A DNA stretch of 62,991 nucleotides, filler included. It is 11 parts of 11 records of this genome, joined end to end, with 100 filler letters (N's around TTAATTAATTAA, not from the genome) between each part and the next. Parts side by side here need not be neighbours in the genome. Positions count along the whole stretch, not along the records: positions 10,311 to 16,999 come from SRR7504441_1038; positions 17,100 to 22,012 come from SRR7504441_1040; positions 22,113 to 27,594 come from SRR7504441_1043; 8 more parts are not named here. One strand, given 5' to 3'. The stretch's first letter is position 1, and each line of letters begins with the position of its first letter. Shown one piece after another: positions 11,140 through 25,100 of the stretch. The position numbers were made by a program, and so were the translations under genes. The notes beneath the pieces are model-generated. The model did not search any database. It was not told where the DNA came from and saw only the letters and a list, made by a program, of their open reading frames with translations.

Positions 11140-14100
11140 ATGGAGGGTGCGGCGACTGGCTGCGTGCGCGCTGACCTGGCCGGCGCAGAGGACGACGAGA
11201 TCTTCCAGGAGGACACATGGGAGGTTGTGTCGGCCTACTTCGAGGACAAGGGTCTGGTCCGGCAACAGCTCGACTCTTTCAACGAGTTCATCGGGACCAC
11301 CATCCAGGAGGTGCACCCCGCCGCCGCGTCCGCCGGTCCGAATCGGCTGGCTAGATCGTCGACGACCATCCCAACCTGATGCTGATCCCGGAGTCGCAAC
11401 ACCTGCCCGGCCAGTCCTCGCTTCAGAACACCAAATACAAACTCAGCTTCGAGCAGATCTACATCTCACGATGCGTACACACCGAGGTGCCCCGCCAGCC
11501 GACGACAGCCGGGGCTCACCCTGCCCGTGCGCCAGTCCGACGGCCGTACAGAGAACATGTACCCAGGGGAGGCGCGGCTGCGTAATCTAACCTACTGCGC
11601 GCCGCTATTCGTCGACGTCAAGGAGGAGACGATCATCGAGGACGGCCAGGTGCAGCTGGCGCCGGCCGGGCTGAGCTGGACTGGGCTCTGCAGCAAGAGT
11701 TTGTGGACAAGGTGAATGAGTATAAGAAGACGTGCATTGGTAAAGTGCCCATCATGCTCAAATCCAATTTCTGCATGCTGACGCACTACACCACCGACCG
11801 CGACCTTGCGCTCCTGGGCGAGTGCACATTCGATGAGGTCCCTCGCTGCTGCTGCCGCCTGTGATCTGAGCCCGCCGCTGCAGGGTGGCTACTTCATTAT
11901 AAACGGCTCGGAGAAGGTGCTGATCGCGCAGGAGAAGATGTCGAACAACTGCGTGTACGTCTTCGAGATGAAAAAATCTAAATACACCTTCATCTCCGAG
12001 ATCCGCTCGATGCCCAAGGCCATGTGTAACCCACCTCATCCAGCCCTGCGCTCATGTGCTGGGCGCAGCCGGCCCGACTGCTACTCTCTATGTCAAAATG
12101 TGCTCGCGGAAGAACAAGGTACTGCAGCATGGCGGGGCAGGCGATTGAGTGCTCTGGCAGGGCTCCGGTGTGACTTCAGGCCAGACCATTGTGGCTGCAA
12201 TCCCATACATCCGCACAGACATTCCGATGGTGATTGTCTTCCGAGCGTTTGGGCTGGTCGCTGACAGGCAAATCCTGGAGCGGATCTGTTACGATTTCGA
12301 GGACAAGCCGATGCTGGAGGCGCTGCGGCCGTCACTGGAGCAGGCGTTTGTGATTCAGACCCGCAGTGTGGCACTCGATTATATCGGGAAGAGAGGGAGC
12401 ACTGAGGGGGCTGCAAAGGATAAGCGTATTGCGTATGCAGAGGAGATCCTGCAGAAGAAGCTGCTGCCTCATGTGGGGATTGGCCAGGACAAGGAGCTGT
12501 GGGAGACCAAGAAGACATATTTCTTTGGTTACGTCGTTCACCGGCTGCTGCTGGCACACTTAGGTAGGCGAGTGTTGGATGATCGTGATCACTACGGGAA
12601 TAAGCGGATGGACCTGGCGGGCCCGCTGCTAGCTGGGCTGTTCAGGCAGCTGTTCATCAAGCTGGCCAAGGACTGCCGCATGATGCTGCAGAAGTCTATT
12701 GATCAGGGCAAACAGTACAACTTTGAGCGGTCGATCAAACAGAATACGATTACGAGAGGGCTCAAGTACTCTGTTGCAACTGGGAACTGGGGGATGCAGA
12801 AGCAGCAGGCGAGCAAAGCGGGTGTCTCTCAAGTGCTTAATCGGCTCACGTTTACCTCTGCTCTCTCTCATCTGCGTCGGCTCAACACACCTATTGACCG
12901 CTCTGGAAAGCTGGCAAAGCCGAGGCAGCTGCATAACACACATTGGGGGATGATTTGTCCGGCCGAGACACCAGAGGGCCAGGCGTGCGGCCTTGTGAAG
13001 AATTTGTCACTCATGAGCTCGATTACTGTTGGTTTCAATGCTTACATGATCATGCATTTCCTTGAGGAGTGGATGATGGAGAACCTTGCCGAAATCTCAC
13101 CGTCTGTGATCCCTGAATCCACCAAGATCTTCATTGACGGCGTGTGGGTTGGTATCCACCGCGACGCAGAGGACTTGGTGAAGCACTTGCGCACGCTTCG
13201 CCGGACTATGGATGGTATTTCTCCGGAGGTGTCGGTGGTTTGGGATCTTCGCAATCAGGAGGTCTGTCTGTACACGGATGCAGGGCGCGTCTGTCGGCCG
13301 CTGTTTGTGGTGGAGGACAATAGGATAATGCTCAAGAGGGAGCATGTGACGCAGCTTCATCAGCGTGAATCCACAAACTTTGACTGGGACAACGGGCTGC
13401 TGCTCCATGGTTTTGTCGAGATGCTCGACACACTCGAAGAGGAGACCACTTTGATTGCCATGTATGTCGACGATGTGACCGATGCGCGAAACAACCCAAC
13501 CGCGATGAAACAGTGAGAGCCTGGCATGTGGTGGCGCCGCTGACCTCTTGCTTGCAGGTACACCCACTGCGAGATCAACCCCTCCATGATCTTTGGCATC
13601 TGTGCCTCAATCATTCCGTTCCCCGACCACAACCAGTCGCCTCGTAACACATACCAGTCGGCTATGGGCAAGCAGGCCATGGGGGTTTACATGACCAACT
13701 TCACCGTCCGCATGGATACACTAGCCCATGTGCTCTGCTACCCTCAGAAGCCTCTGGTTGTGACCCACCCCATCAAGTATCTGCGCTTCCGCGAGCTGCC
13801 TGCTGGCCAGAACGCCATCGTGGCTATCATGTGCTACTCTGGTTTCAACCAGGAAGATTCTGTTATCATGAACCAGAGCTCTATCGACCGCGGGTTTTTC
13901 CGCTCGGTTTTCTACAGGTGACGGGCTGTTGAAGAGCCAACGGTTGCTTACTCCTGGTTGCAGGTCTTACAGCGCAGAGGAGACCAAGAGGCCATTTGGT
14001 GGCGCTGATGAATTCGAGAAGCCCGCGATAGAGACCACTCGCAACATGCGGCGAGCCAATTACGACAAGCTGGACTCCGATGGATTTGTGGCACCGGGAG

Positions 14101-15097
14101 AGTTTGTCACGGGGGATGATGTGATTATCGGTCGTACAGCACCCCTAGCGGAAGGAGAAGAGACCCAGCCTGGTGCTCGCCACACAAAGCGTGACTCTTC
14201 GGTCCAGCTGCGGTCGTCTGAGACTGGGGTGGTCGACCAAGTCATGCTCACAACCAATGGCGACGGGTTCAAGTTCGCCAAGGTGCGGGTCCGGTCAGAG
14301 CGCATCCCACAGGTCGGTGACAAGTTTGCCAGTCGTCACGGGCAGAAGGGAACTATTGGAATGGCGTACCGCCAGGAGGATATGCCGTTCACTGCAGATG
14401 GGATCAGCCCAGACATCATTGTGAATCCGCACGCCATTCCGTCTCGAATGACAATCGGGCACTTGGTGGAGAACCTGCTTGGCAAGGTAGCTGCACACAC
14501 GGGCGAGGAGGCAATGGCCACGCCATTCATTGTGGATCAGACTGTGCCCAAAATCGCTCAGATGTTGCACGAGTGTGGGTTCCAGCGCCACGCAAACGAG
14601 ACGATGTTCAACGGATACACCGGCCGGCAGCTCAGCACCCAGATCTTTCTCGGCCCCACATACTACCAGCGCTTGAAGCATATGGTGGACGACAAGATCC
14701 ACTCACGGCAGCGAGGCCGGCTGCAGATTCTGACCCGACAGCCAGTAGAGGGTAGGGCCCGCGAGGGTGGTCTCCGGTTTGGGGAGATGGAGCGGGACTG
14801 CATGATTTCGCATGGGGCTGCCCAGTTTTTGAGGGAGGCTCTCCTCGACCGCTCTGACAAGTGCGCTGCCGTGGCTCTAGCCTGCCTGCTGACGAGTTTT
14901 GCAGGTACACAACCCATGTGTGCAACCAGTGCGGTCTTCTGGCAATTGCGAATCTTAGACAGCTCAAATATGAGTGCCGTGGCTGCAAGAACAAGACCAA
15001 CATTTCACAGATTGACATACCCTACGCGTGCAAACTGCTGTTCCAGGAGCTCATGGCTATGTCAATCGCACCACGTATGTTTACAGAGCCGTTGTGA
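11140..15097 (+). CDS. RPB2: RNA polymerase II second-largest subunit
   Basis: [139 protein letters not shown]; about a dozen short introns. Confidence 0.98.
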
Positions 15098-15545
15098 GCC
15101 GCTTGTTTGTCTGCAGAGCAGCCCCGATGACAATGCTTCGCTGCTCAGCTCGTGTGTGTACGTTACAATCATAAATGATGTACTTGTAACCTTGCGTCAC
15201 CACTTGACTTCTGTTACTCGATCACCACATTTCATAAACAGTTACATTTACCATTACATAGAATGATCTACCGTCGTTATTACCATGAATCGGAAATACG
15301 TACGAGTAAAACGCATCACAACGTTGACCACTGGTCACGCATACACAACGCGAAATAACGCTAATGTTCACCTTATGTTCACGTAACCGCTAATGCTTAG
15401 CTTAATGTAAGCTTACATGTACCGGTAATGCTCTCCCGGCCCGCACCGCCCGCACCCGCCGCACCCCGCAGCTGGTCATGGCGCACCCCGCAAGCGCGAT
15501 TATTTACGATTTACAAATTTACGAAAAGAACAGGATCGACTGGCA

Positions 15546-16974
15546 ATGGCGTCGCAGCCACGAAAGCGGCAGAGGGAGGCGACCGGGCAGCCGGGGGACG
15601 GAGCGAAGCTGCGCACGCCGAAAGCGTTCGTGGAGCACCCGCAGGACCTGTTCCGCGCTCTGTTCCATGACGAGAATCGGCAGAAGAACGCGCTGGGCAA
15701 GGCGGGGCTGCTCTTCAGCGGGTCGGCGCTTGGTGAAAAGTACGTCGCGTACGAGCGTCTGGTGTGGAACGAGATGAAGCTGCACAAGCGGTTCAGCCTG
15801 AGTCCGGAGATGCTCAAGAAGACGATTCCGAAGCTGTCCGAGCTGGACGAGGCTACCTACGCCCAGCTGTGGAAGCAGTACAAGCGGCACTGCGACTTCG
15901 AGAACCTGGCCCGGGTGCAGAGTGCCCCGCTGATCGATGCGATCGACGGGCTGATGAAGCGGCTGGACCACGCGCAGGCGGGCTGGCGGTCCGGCGGTCG
16001 GGCGAGCGGTGGGGACAGAACAAGAACCTGGAGCTCGGTGCTGCGATGGAGCGGGCGAGCAAGCAGGACCAGGTGGCCGATTTAATGGCTGTTCTGCGAG
16101 CCGTTGCAGAGCAACACGGCCAAGAACAAGCAGGAGCTGGCTGCGCTCGCCAACTCGCACCGGATAGAGGTATGCGCTCGGCCAGTGCTGAGCGCTGAGG
16201 AGAGCGCTCAGGTGGCCGAGCTGACGCTGCAGCTAGAGCAGAGCCGGGCGGCCCAGAGCGACGTGGCGGGCCGTCAGTGGGCTGGCCGAGCTGGTGGGCC
16301 AGGCGGAGGAGGAGAAGCTGCAGCTGCGCACGCGAGTCGGGCAGCTAGGAGACGAGTTGTCGTCCAAGCAGACTGAGCTGCAAAAGGCCTACCAGGTCGG
16401 CCGACCAGCCGTGCTGTTGAGTGAGCCGGGCGGATAGGAGCAACAGGCGCTGCAGGCGACACTGGACGCGCAGAAGGAGAACCTGCGCAGTCAGCTGGAA
16501 TCGGAGCAGGAGCAGGCGTCGAGCCTGAGGAGTGAGGTGGCCGAGGGTCAAGCCAAGATTCGGCTCAAAGTGGAGAACGCCAACGCCATCTACGAAGAGA
16601 ATCTGCTGCTCGAAAAGCAGCTGCGCGCTCGGATGGAGAAGATGAACGAGCTTCGGGAGGAGAATATCCTGCTCAAGGTAGCGATCTCGCAAGCCCTGGC
16701 TTGAGTGTGTCTCAGGCACAGTTTAAAGCAGCCGCCATGGAGCAAATCGCTGACGAGCCGCGCGGCGAGATGCCGTTCAATAGCAAGCGGAGTCTGCAGT
16801 GGAGGTGGTGCGGCTGCGGGCTGGCGGCTGAGTGCAGGCAGGGCCGAGCCGTCTCAAGTGCCAAGACAGATCGTCAAGCAGGAACCGAGCCAAGCTCCGG
16901 CAAGGCCGCCTGTGGCCCCGGATTCGGCAAAGTTCAATGCGTTTCAGAAGCTGATGAACTTGATCAAGGATTGA
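15546..16974 (+). CDS. Hypothetical protein: globular N-terminus plus coiled coil
   Basis: Spliced frames continue via GC-AG intron 15978-16018 and several GT-AG introns; NLS-like PRKRQR at N-terminus. Confidence 0.6.
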
Positions 16975-17136
16975 CAGGGTTGCCCCACAGATCATTACGN
17001 NNNNNNNNNNNNNNNNNNNNNNNNNNNNNNNNNNNNNNNNNNNTTAATTAATTAANNNNNNNNNNNNNNNNNNNNNNNNNNNNNNNNNNNNNNNNNNNNC
17101 ATACAAGACATAAATACTTGAAAAATCCTTGCTCTC

Positions 17137-20100
17137 TCACCCATAGTAACCCCTCAAGCAGCACTGCTGTGCTGGGTTGCTAGCCTTATCAACGTCAAAC
17201 TTAATGGCTGAAGTCGCTGACCACGGCTTTCCAAGCGCCCGCATCTCTGCTTTCTTGGTCATTCTTCGAGTGACTGGTGTCACATTCTTCACAGCAGGCG
17301 GGACCCACTTCTCTGTGTCGTTGACGGCATCCATAAGCTGCTGTGTGCCATTTGACCTGGCGCGATACATGTGCACACGGTTGGTCTGCCACCCCCTTGC
17401 ATCAAGCCGCAGCACAGCCAGCAATACCACCTGAGTCCGTCCCAGCCAGGTCTCAATACAGACCATCGATCTGTGCGCCCGCATCTTGCCAATCTGAGAC
17501 GCAACCCGCTCCTGCCAAAGGGTTGCCATCTAGCCTGCGTTCAGAGCTAACCTCCACTGAAGCACTGTATTGTGCTGTGTTAATCAGCTGTAGAGCCACT
17601 CTACAAACAACCTCCTCGAAGCCCTCGTAAGGAATATGCGACTCGGTCTTGCATAGACCCTGACCAACCATAATCTTGGCCACTGTTTGAAAGATCTTGG
17701 CCATTCGAACCTGGAAACACTCGATTAGCACTCTAAACCCCAAGACATACAATGCAATATAGCAGTAAGAGTGAGTCGCACCTGCGAAATTCCCTCACAG
17801 TATTCTGTGCCAATCAACCCGAAGTCCTTAGCCCACAGGGTCAACTCTCGAAACGACAGCGAGATCGCATCCTGCAGAGACCAACAGGTCAGTAGGCCGA
17901 TGACGGATGAGGCATGCGACCTTGAGATGGTCATGGGATGTCTGTGGGTCGATGTCAAGGTCCGAGTAGTAACAGAAGATGAGCGTAAGCAGCTGTTTGT
18001 TTGAAGTCAGCACTGAGGCAACTGGCTGCTGCTCCCTCAAGCAAGATGACGCTTCACCAGCCTCACGATTAGCAAGCGGTAGAATGCACTGCTCCAGGAG
18101 CTTGTCGAATGCGTCACTTGCGGCCTCTTGTGGGTACTTGCGGCAGGCAGTCTTAAGCAGTGCCACAAGAAACTGATTGTAGTCAAGTGTCTTCTTTGGG
18201 TTGGTCTTACGACCGCCACAGGCCTCCAAGAAGATGATATCCATGTGCTCGTACTTCATGTTGCGGTCATACACAGCACAGTCCTTGTACACCTTATTCA
18301 GTACAGCCCCAGCAATTGTGTAGATCGGTCTGCCAGCTCCGTGACCACAATAGTACTGGAATATCTGTCGCAGCTCAGCATCATGACCGTTCTTTGCTAC
18401 CAATTCGGCAGCGTCGGGCTTCTCTACGCTCTGATTCAACCTGGCTTCGAGTGCCAACTCATTGAGTTCCCTCGACGCCTTTTCCGGCGAGAACGAGGTC
18501 ACCTTGCGTGGTCCAGAATTCGACAAGGCGATTCCATACGCCTCCTTGTACGATGGCTGTGCCCACTCACCCACGATTGATGGGCTTGCGTTCTCCCTAA
18601 TCACTTCAACCAAATGTCCGACCTTCTCCGAAGGGTTAGAGCCACTGTCTCGGTATGCATGCTGCGCACACACCCCAATCCAATCAATAAAGTGGCGCTG
18701 AGTCAGCTTGGCCTCCGAGCCATTCTCTGCCTTGGCCAATGTGGTTGCGAGTCTCTGCACCTCGCTCACTGATACGAGCTCAGGGACCAGACCATGGTCA
18801 ACGCAAAACTCCTGCAACTCAGACAGCCGGAGCCCAGCCAGATCTGATGCATATGCCTGGAATAAAGGCCCAACCCCGATCTGTAGCTCCTCGAGCACGG
18901 ATCGGGAGTTGGTCATGCTCTCTTGAGACTGCGCTGGCTGCATCGCCTGGATCTCCTCCTCGCCAGCCCTCAACAGAGGCATCAGATGCTCCCGAAGCAA
19001 TCTGACCAGCCCGCGCGACGCCTTATCCTCAAAGCTGAACTTAACAAGCGAGACTTGGTGCAGCGCAGAGAGGAATTCGGAGGCGGCCATCTTATCAGAG
19101 CCTTGGGTGCACTTGAGCACAATCTGATCCACGTCAGCCTGCTTGAGCGAGGCTCCATATAATTTGCCATCCTCACAGAATTGCTTGAAGCACGCGGAGG
19201 GCATCTGATCCGGCCCTAGCTTGGTCTGGGTGCTTTTGATGGCCTCGTCACGGTACCCATCAAACACTTCATACACGTATTCCTTGAATGCTGGCAGATT
19301 GAGCAGCTTGTACGCCCATGAAGGCATGAGCGGCTTCATTGGAATGGTCTCCTCCAGCTGTGTAGGTGCATTGGCGTTTCTGAGGGGCGGTCTGCCTCCA
19401 ACTGAGTCCAGATTTGTGCCTTGCATGATTTCTTGCATCCATTGAAGGAAGCCGTCTGGGTCATCGTTGCGCTTGATTGGGTTGGTGTCACCCATCGATC
19501 GGTGCAACTTGGTGATCCCAAACGACCTGAAGAATGTAGCAATGAACGCAAACACCCCCTCCGCCGTGTCTGAAGGGTCCGCCTCCAGCTGTCCACGCGG
19601 TGAGCCGCAAGTATAAGCCAAGCCCCACCTCATCAAGGTCACAATAATCAAGAGCACACCGAACAATCAATTCAAGGAACTCGTCAAAGTTGATATGAGA
19701 CTTGTCCGGCCTGTACCTTACAATCAAACCTGGCAGACGCCAGCGGGCCAGACCTCGACCGGCAGGATGCTCGGAAGTAAACAGCCAAGTCGAACAACGA
19801 GCCCACGCGCTGCAGCAAGTGGAAATCTTTCGACAGGATAGTAAACTCCTTGAACGACATCAAATCTGGTTCCTGGGCCCACCCTCCAGCGGCCCACAGC
19901 TTGGAGGCGCACCACTGGCTTCTGCGAGATTGCGGTGAGCGAGGCTTCCCGTTGGAGTTTGGACGAATCCCGAGTATGCAGGTTGCGTCGGTATGTGATC
20001 ACTTGCTGCAGCCCTCGGATACAGTAGAAGGCAAACATCCGCTTGAGCAGCGGCAGCATGTCGTGCAACACTTGCTGTACCAGTGGATGCCGCACCAGCG

Positions 20101-22012
20101 CACAGTCCGCCAGGATCTCTACGGCCTTCATCGCCTTAGTCCGCAACTGGCTTTCGACCAAGCTACAGGCGGCAGCAATCAGCTTGTCTGCTGTCTCTCC
20201 CGTGACTGCTAGCGCTGTTCTTGATACAAGACTAGGGTCCCGCCGCTGTGCGATCATCCCGATTCCCGTGACCCACTGGCGCACAGTCAACCGGGAGTTA
20301 CGCTGCCGGCCGGACGCTTGAATGAAAACAAGGTCCAAATGTTCTCGCCTAAAGTGCTCGTTATACAGGTCGCAGTCCACGCAGAGCTTGTGCAGCCCGG
20401 CCGAGGTCATCCGGTCGCAAGGGACCGGCTCCCCGAAGCTGCAATAGTACTCAAATATCAGCGACATCTCGCCCTCTCTCTCCGGCTCTTGTGAGATGAA
20501 TTCAGCAAGCCTTCCAATCACGCCCTCCGTGGCAGCCACGAGCCCAGCAGCCACCTGGCACAGGGCTCAGCGCTCAGCGGGCCTAGAGCAGAGAGACCCG
20601 CTGCTTCTCCTCCTGGATTGGAGTTATCTTGTGCTTCATCGTGAAGTCGACTTTATGCTGGTTCCCAGTTCGAGTCAGGCTGCAACATTACTCTCTCTCA
20701 GTGCACTCAGCAAGCCAGCGGCGCACATCAGGTCGGCAAGCACTGGCGAGGCGTCAATATACAGCAGTAAGTGCTCTAGCCTGTCGTGTGCCGTTGGGAG
20801 CCCGTGGACTGCCTCTTTAAACGCCTCAATTGCCACCTAGTTTATAGGCTGAGGCTATATTAGTCGCCTTTGTCCACCTTCTCCACCCACTGGAGGAACT
20901 CCTCGAAGCTGAGCCCGTGGTCGCGGTCATACTCCTGGCTCGGCTTGATGGCCCGCGCCACTCGCATCACCTGGCCTCCGGGCTCAATTGCGCTAACACC
21001 CACGACTCACCTCTCTGTTCGACATTAAACTTGCTTTATTCGAATGCGTCGCAGAGCCCGTGATCCCAAATTGCTCCGTAAACTGCATCAGCTCCCTAAG
21101 CCTGCCGTAAGCCTCTCCCGGCCGGCCCGCGATGCCTGATAGAGATGTTGTTCAGTCCCGTTGCACGCTCCTTCCAACGATCAGCTTTCTCGGCCTCCCG
21201 CTGCTTCTCGACCTCTCTGCTCTCCGCGGCGGTCATCCCTTCCTGCCACATGCTAATCTCCTTCTCCTCCGGCTCGATCTCCTGGAGAGAATAATAATCG
21301 AAAATAAACCGGAGTGGCTCTTGCATTTCGTTGAGGAGTACGGTCGTCTCCTCGGGCGTGGCGGCCGACTCGAATTCCATAACCATCAGCGACTCGGCGA
21401 ACGGAACAAACGTCTGCTCGAAAAAATTCTCTACGGCCTGCTGCCAGTCCGCCTCGGGATGCTTGGCGATGGCAATCTCGGCAAGGGTCTCCTTGAACAT
21501 GCTCACATCCAGCTCCTGCTTTATGATGGCGCACCGGTGGTCCCCGGGCTTCAAATGGGTACAGCGCTGCACGATCAGATCCAGCTTGGCCGTGGTCAGC
21601 CGGTTAGCATCCAGCAGCCCGCATTCCCTCACAAACCGCAGCAACCGGCGGGACGACAGCCCCTCGTTCGGGACCGCAGTCTCCCCAAACTGCCTGTACC
21701 GCTCCCACACCCGGCGCACTGCGTCGTCGTGCACCTCCAGCACTGGGAAGTCCTCCACCCGAATTTGCGGCTTGCCCGACGGCTTGGCACCTACCACACC
21801 GTTTTTCCAGGCGGTACCGCTCTTGGAACCCTCCCAGCGCCGACCCCACCCAGGGTCGTACAGCCTTCGACGGGAGGGCGGGGCGGCCTGGCTGGCCCAG
21901 TCTGGTGTACCGTCAGGGTTGCGCGGCGGATCGGCGTGCCCCGGGAAGGAGTAGCCGCGATCGGCCAGCCAGCCATCCCGCACCACTGGCTGGATGGGAT
22001 TCGCTGTAAGGC
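17137..22012 (-). CDS. Large protein with multiple p25alpha (TPPP)-like / EF-hand-like modules (5' end near contig edge)
   Basis: Repeated modules, e.g. IFEYYCSFG...MTSAGLHKLCVDCDLY...LDLVF...LTVRQW and IFQYYCGHG...LNKVYKDCAVYD...MDIIF...LDYNQFLVALLKTACRKYP. Confidence 0.65.
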
Positions 22013-22112
22013 NNNNNNNNNNNNNNNNNNNNNNNNNNNNNNNNNNNNNNNNNNNNTTAATTAATTAANNNNNNNNNNNNNNNNNNNNNNNNNNNNNNNN
22101 NNNNNNNNNNNN

Positions 22113-25100
22113 GCTGCTGGTGCCTCCTCAGCTGCTGGTGCCGCCTCAGCTGCAGGTGCCGCAGCTACTGGTGTCTCAGGCTTCTCCGGAGCCTCATCTA
22201 ACATCGATCCCTTTTTTGCTAGGCGCTTGGGTGGCTCATCTGTCTTGGTGGAAGTTTGATCTACCTCATCTGTAGGATGCCCTGGTGGTTCAGGTTGGGA
22301 AGGTTTCTCATCTTGGGAGGCCTCTTTCTCCTGCATAATTTGGGCTTCTGGTGCTTCTGGGGCTGCAGGCACTGGCGGCCGCTGCAACTCCTCCTCACGC
22401 TGTTCTGCTTTTGTGTTCCGCTCATTTGCTGCTTGTGCCACTGCCAATTCGTGAGCAGCCAACATATCCCTGTGCTGTGACTTAACTCTAAGCAGTCCAG
22501 CCTCAGCCTCCCTGGCGTCAGCCTGTGCCTTGCCAGCCTCTCGTCTAACCTCGTCAAGCCGCCTTTCAGCTGCGGTGGCTTTGCCCTGTACTTCTTTTGT
22601 CTTCATCCTTGCCTGTTCCACCTTCATCTCCATTTCACTCTTAGCCTTAGCAACAGACAACTTCGCGTCTGACTGAGCTTGTTCTGCATCCAGTTCCTCT
22701 TTGGACTCAGCAGCCCGGGCCTCAAGCTTTGCCTTTGCAATTGCAGCGTTTGATTCTCGGCGATACTTGGCTTGCTCAGCTAGAGACTTCTCATGGATCT
22801 TTGAGATTGATTCCCTTGTCTTGTCCTGTGTTTCTCTGACTTCTAGCTCCATCTTTGATATTTTCTCACGATTGTTCCTTATTTGCTCCTCAGCATCACT
22901 CTTCTTGCGTGTCAAGTCGGCTTCCTGCTGCTTGGCCTCTTCGATTTCCTGCTTGGTAAGTCGGACAGCAGCATCGGTCTTCTCGATTTCAGATTGGTAC
23001 TTGGCGACCTCAACCTTAGTGTCCGATTTTATTTTCTCCGTTTCTTCATGTATTTTCTTGGTCTGTTTTTCTGCGGCTATCTTGCCTGCTTTGGCAGCCT
23101 TGAGCTGGGCTGAAGCATCATTTGCCTGTCTTTTTGCTGCTTCCTGAGCATCTTCTGCAAGAGCAGCAGCTTGTTCTGCCGCCATTGCACTATTTTCTGC
23201 CTCTTGCACTCGTTGTTTGGATGCTGCCTCTTCATCCTCAACTCGGCGCTTGGCATTGGCAATCTCTTCCTCTGCCCGATCCTGCTCACCTTTGGCCTTG
23301 GCCACAGCCAGGTCGGCAGCAGATTTAGCTTCATCAGCACTCTTTTGTGCTCTTGCCTTTTGCAAATCGGCCTTCTGTTCTGCTGCGGAAATTTCAGCGG
23401 AAGTTTTCCTCTTAAATCTTGTCAGTTCCTCATCTTGCTTTCTTTGCAGATCAGCTGTCTCCTGCCATGCCTGCGTCTCGGCTTTACTTGCCTTGGCTTC
23501 AGCTCGACGCTTTTGGGACTCAGCCAATTCTGTACGCTGTTTGGCTGCTCTGATTTCCCCTTCAGATCTCTCCAGGGACAGTGCTTCAGCCTTCTCCCTC
23601 TCTGAAGTAGCTTGCGATGATAGCCTCTGGAACTTTTTCTGTGCATCAGCCTCTTGTCGCTTCACTTGCATTGCTTCTTTACTAGTTGTATCAGCTGCTT
23701 CTCTTGCAGTGTCGGCTTCTGAATTGGCTCTTTTCAATCTAGTGCCGCATTCCTCCTGCCGTTTTTCCAGGCTTTGAACTCTCTGCCGTTCATCGCTTAG
23801 TTTCTGCTTCAGGGTTCTTATTTCTGCCAATTGCCTAGCAATGTCGCCCTCTGCGAGCGAGCGAGCATCTGTCTCATCTTGGAGGGCCTGATTCTTGGCA
23901 GATAGCGCTGCAGCTTTAACCTCGGCTGCATCAGCTTCCCTGGTACTCTGAACCTGGTGCTGCATATGAGCTTGCTCTTCAGCAACCTTTCTCTCTGACT
24001 CAGCCTTCTGTGCATTGATCTGTGCATTCATCAATTCATCTCCTGCTTTTTCTGCAACTGCTGCCTCTGTCTTTGCACTTTGCTCTGCTGCCAGCATGTC
24101 TTTCTTGAGCTTTGCACTAAATTTAAGCTCTTCTTCTTGTTTTGCTTTATAACTAGCTTCAGCATTTTCAATCGCCAGTTTTGACTGACTGGACACCTTC
24201 TCAAGCTGCACTTTTGCACGGGTGACCAGGTCGTTGGCCTTCCGACCAGCCTGCTCACTCTCAAGTACTGCCTCCTGTATTTTCCGCTTGGCTGTTACCA
24301 TGCGCTCTTTAGCTAGTTTGTTCCTCCTGAGTGCCCTATGGCTGGCACTGACAGCATCATTGGCCTCTTCCTTGCCTATTTTGGCTTGCTGCTCAGCCTT
24401 AGCAGCAGCCTCCTGGTCTTTCAAGATTTTATCGCGGGCTGTACTGACTTCAGCAGAAGCTTTTGCCTCTTGCTCTGCTGCATCTCCACTCCGGCTCTGT
24501 GCAAGGATGGAAAGTCGCTCACTTCTGCTCCGTGCCTGCTTTGACTGTTGCTGGGCCTGCTTGGCAGCATTCTCTTCATTTTGGACATCAAGCTCTGCAC
24601 TTGCTACCTCCTGCTGAGAGGACCGCTTCACCTGCAGTGCCTGATTCAGTTCCTTGCGTGCAGCCCCCTCTTCAGTTACGGCCTGCTTGACAGCTGCATC
24701 TGCTGCCATCTGCTCCTTCTTGGCATCAAGCAATGTCTTCTGCACTGCTTGAACCGGAGCCTGGGCTGCAGTTTTGGACTCCGACAGCTTTGCAAATGAA
24801 TCACGCTCCATCTGCTTGGCTGCATCTACCTTTGCCATCCCTTCCTCTGCTGCTGCCTCAACCTTGGCTTGCGCCTGTTCCGCAGCCTGCTCAGCCCTCT
24901 GCTGCTCATCGCACACAACACCCTCAATATTTGCATCACTAGAGCTTGTTCCTCCACAGTTGGACAGTGGCTTCCGTGCCCTCGACAAGTTGATCTCAGC
25001 ATCTTTGAGCTCTTCTCTAGCCCGGGCCAACCGCTCAATCGCCTTAGTGTGGGCAAGCTGAGCTTTTTCCTTGGCTACTAGCACATTCTCTTCAACCGTT

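Noticed and set aside
13500-13960. Frameshifts, pseudogenisation or stop-codon recoding in RPB2
   Set aside because: The breaks are explained by short GT-AG introns; TAA, TAG and TGA all act as stops in this window
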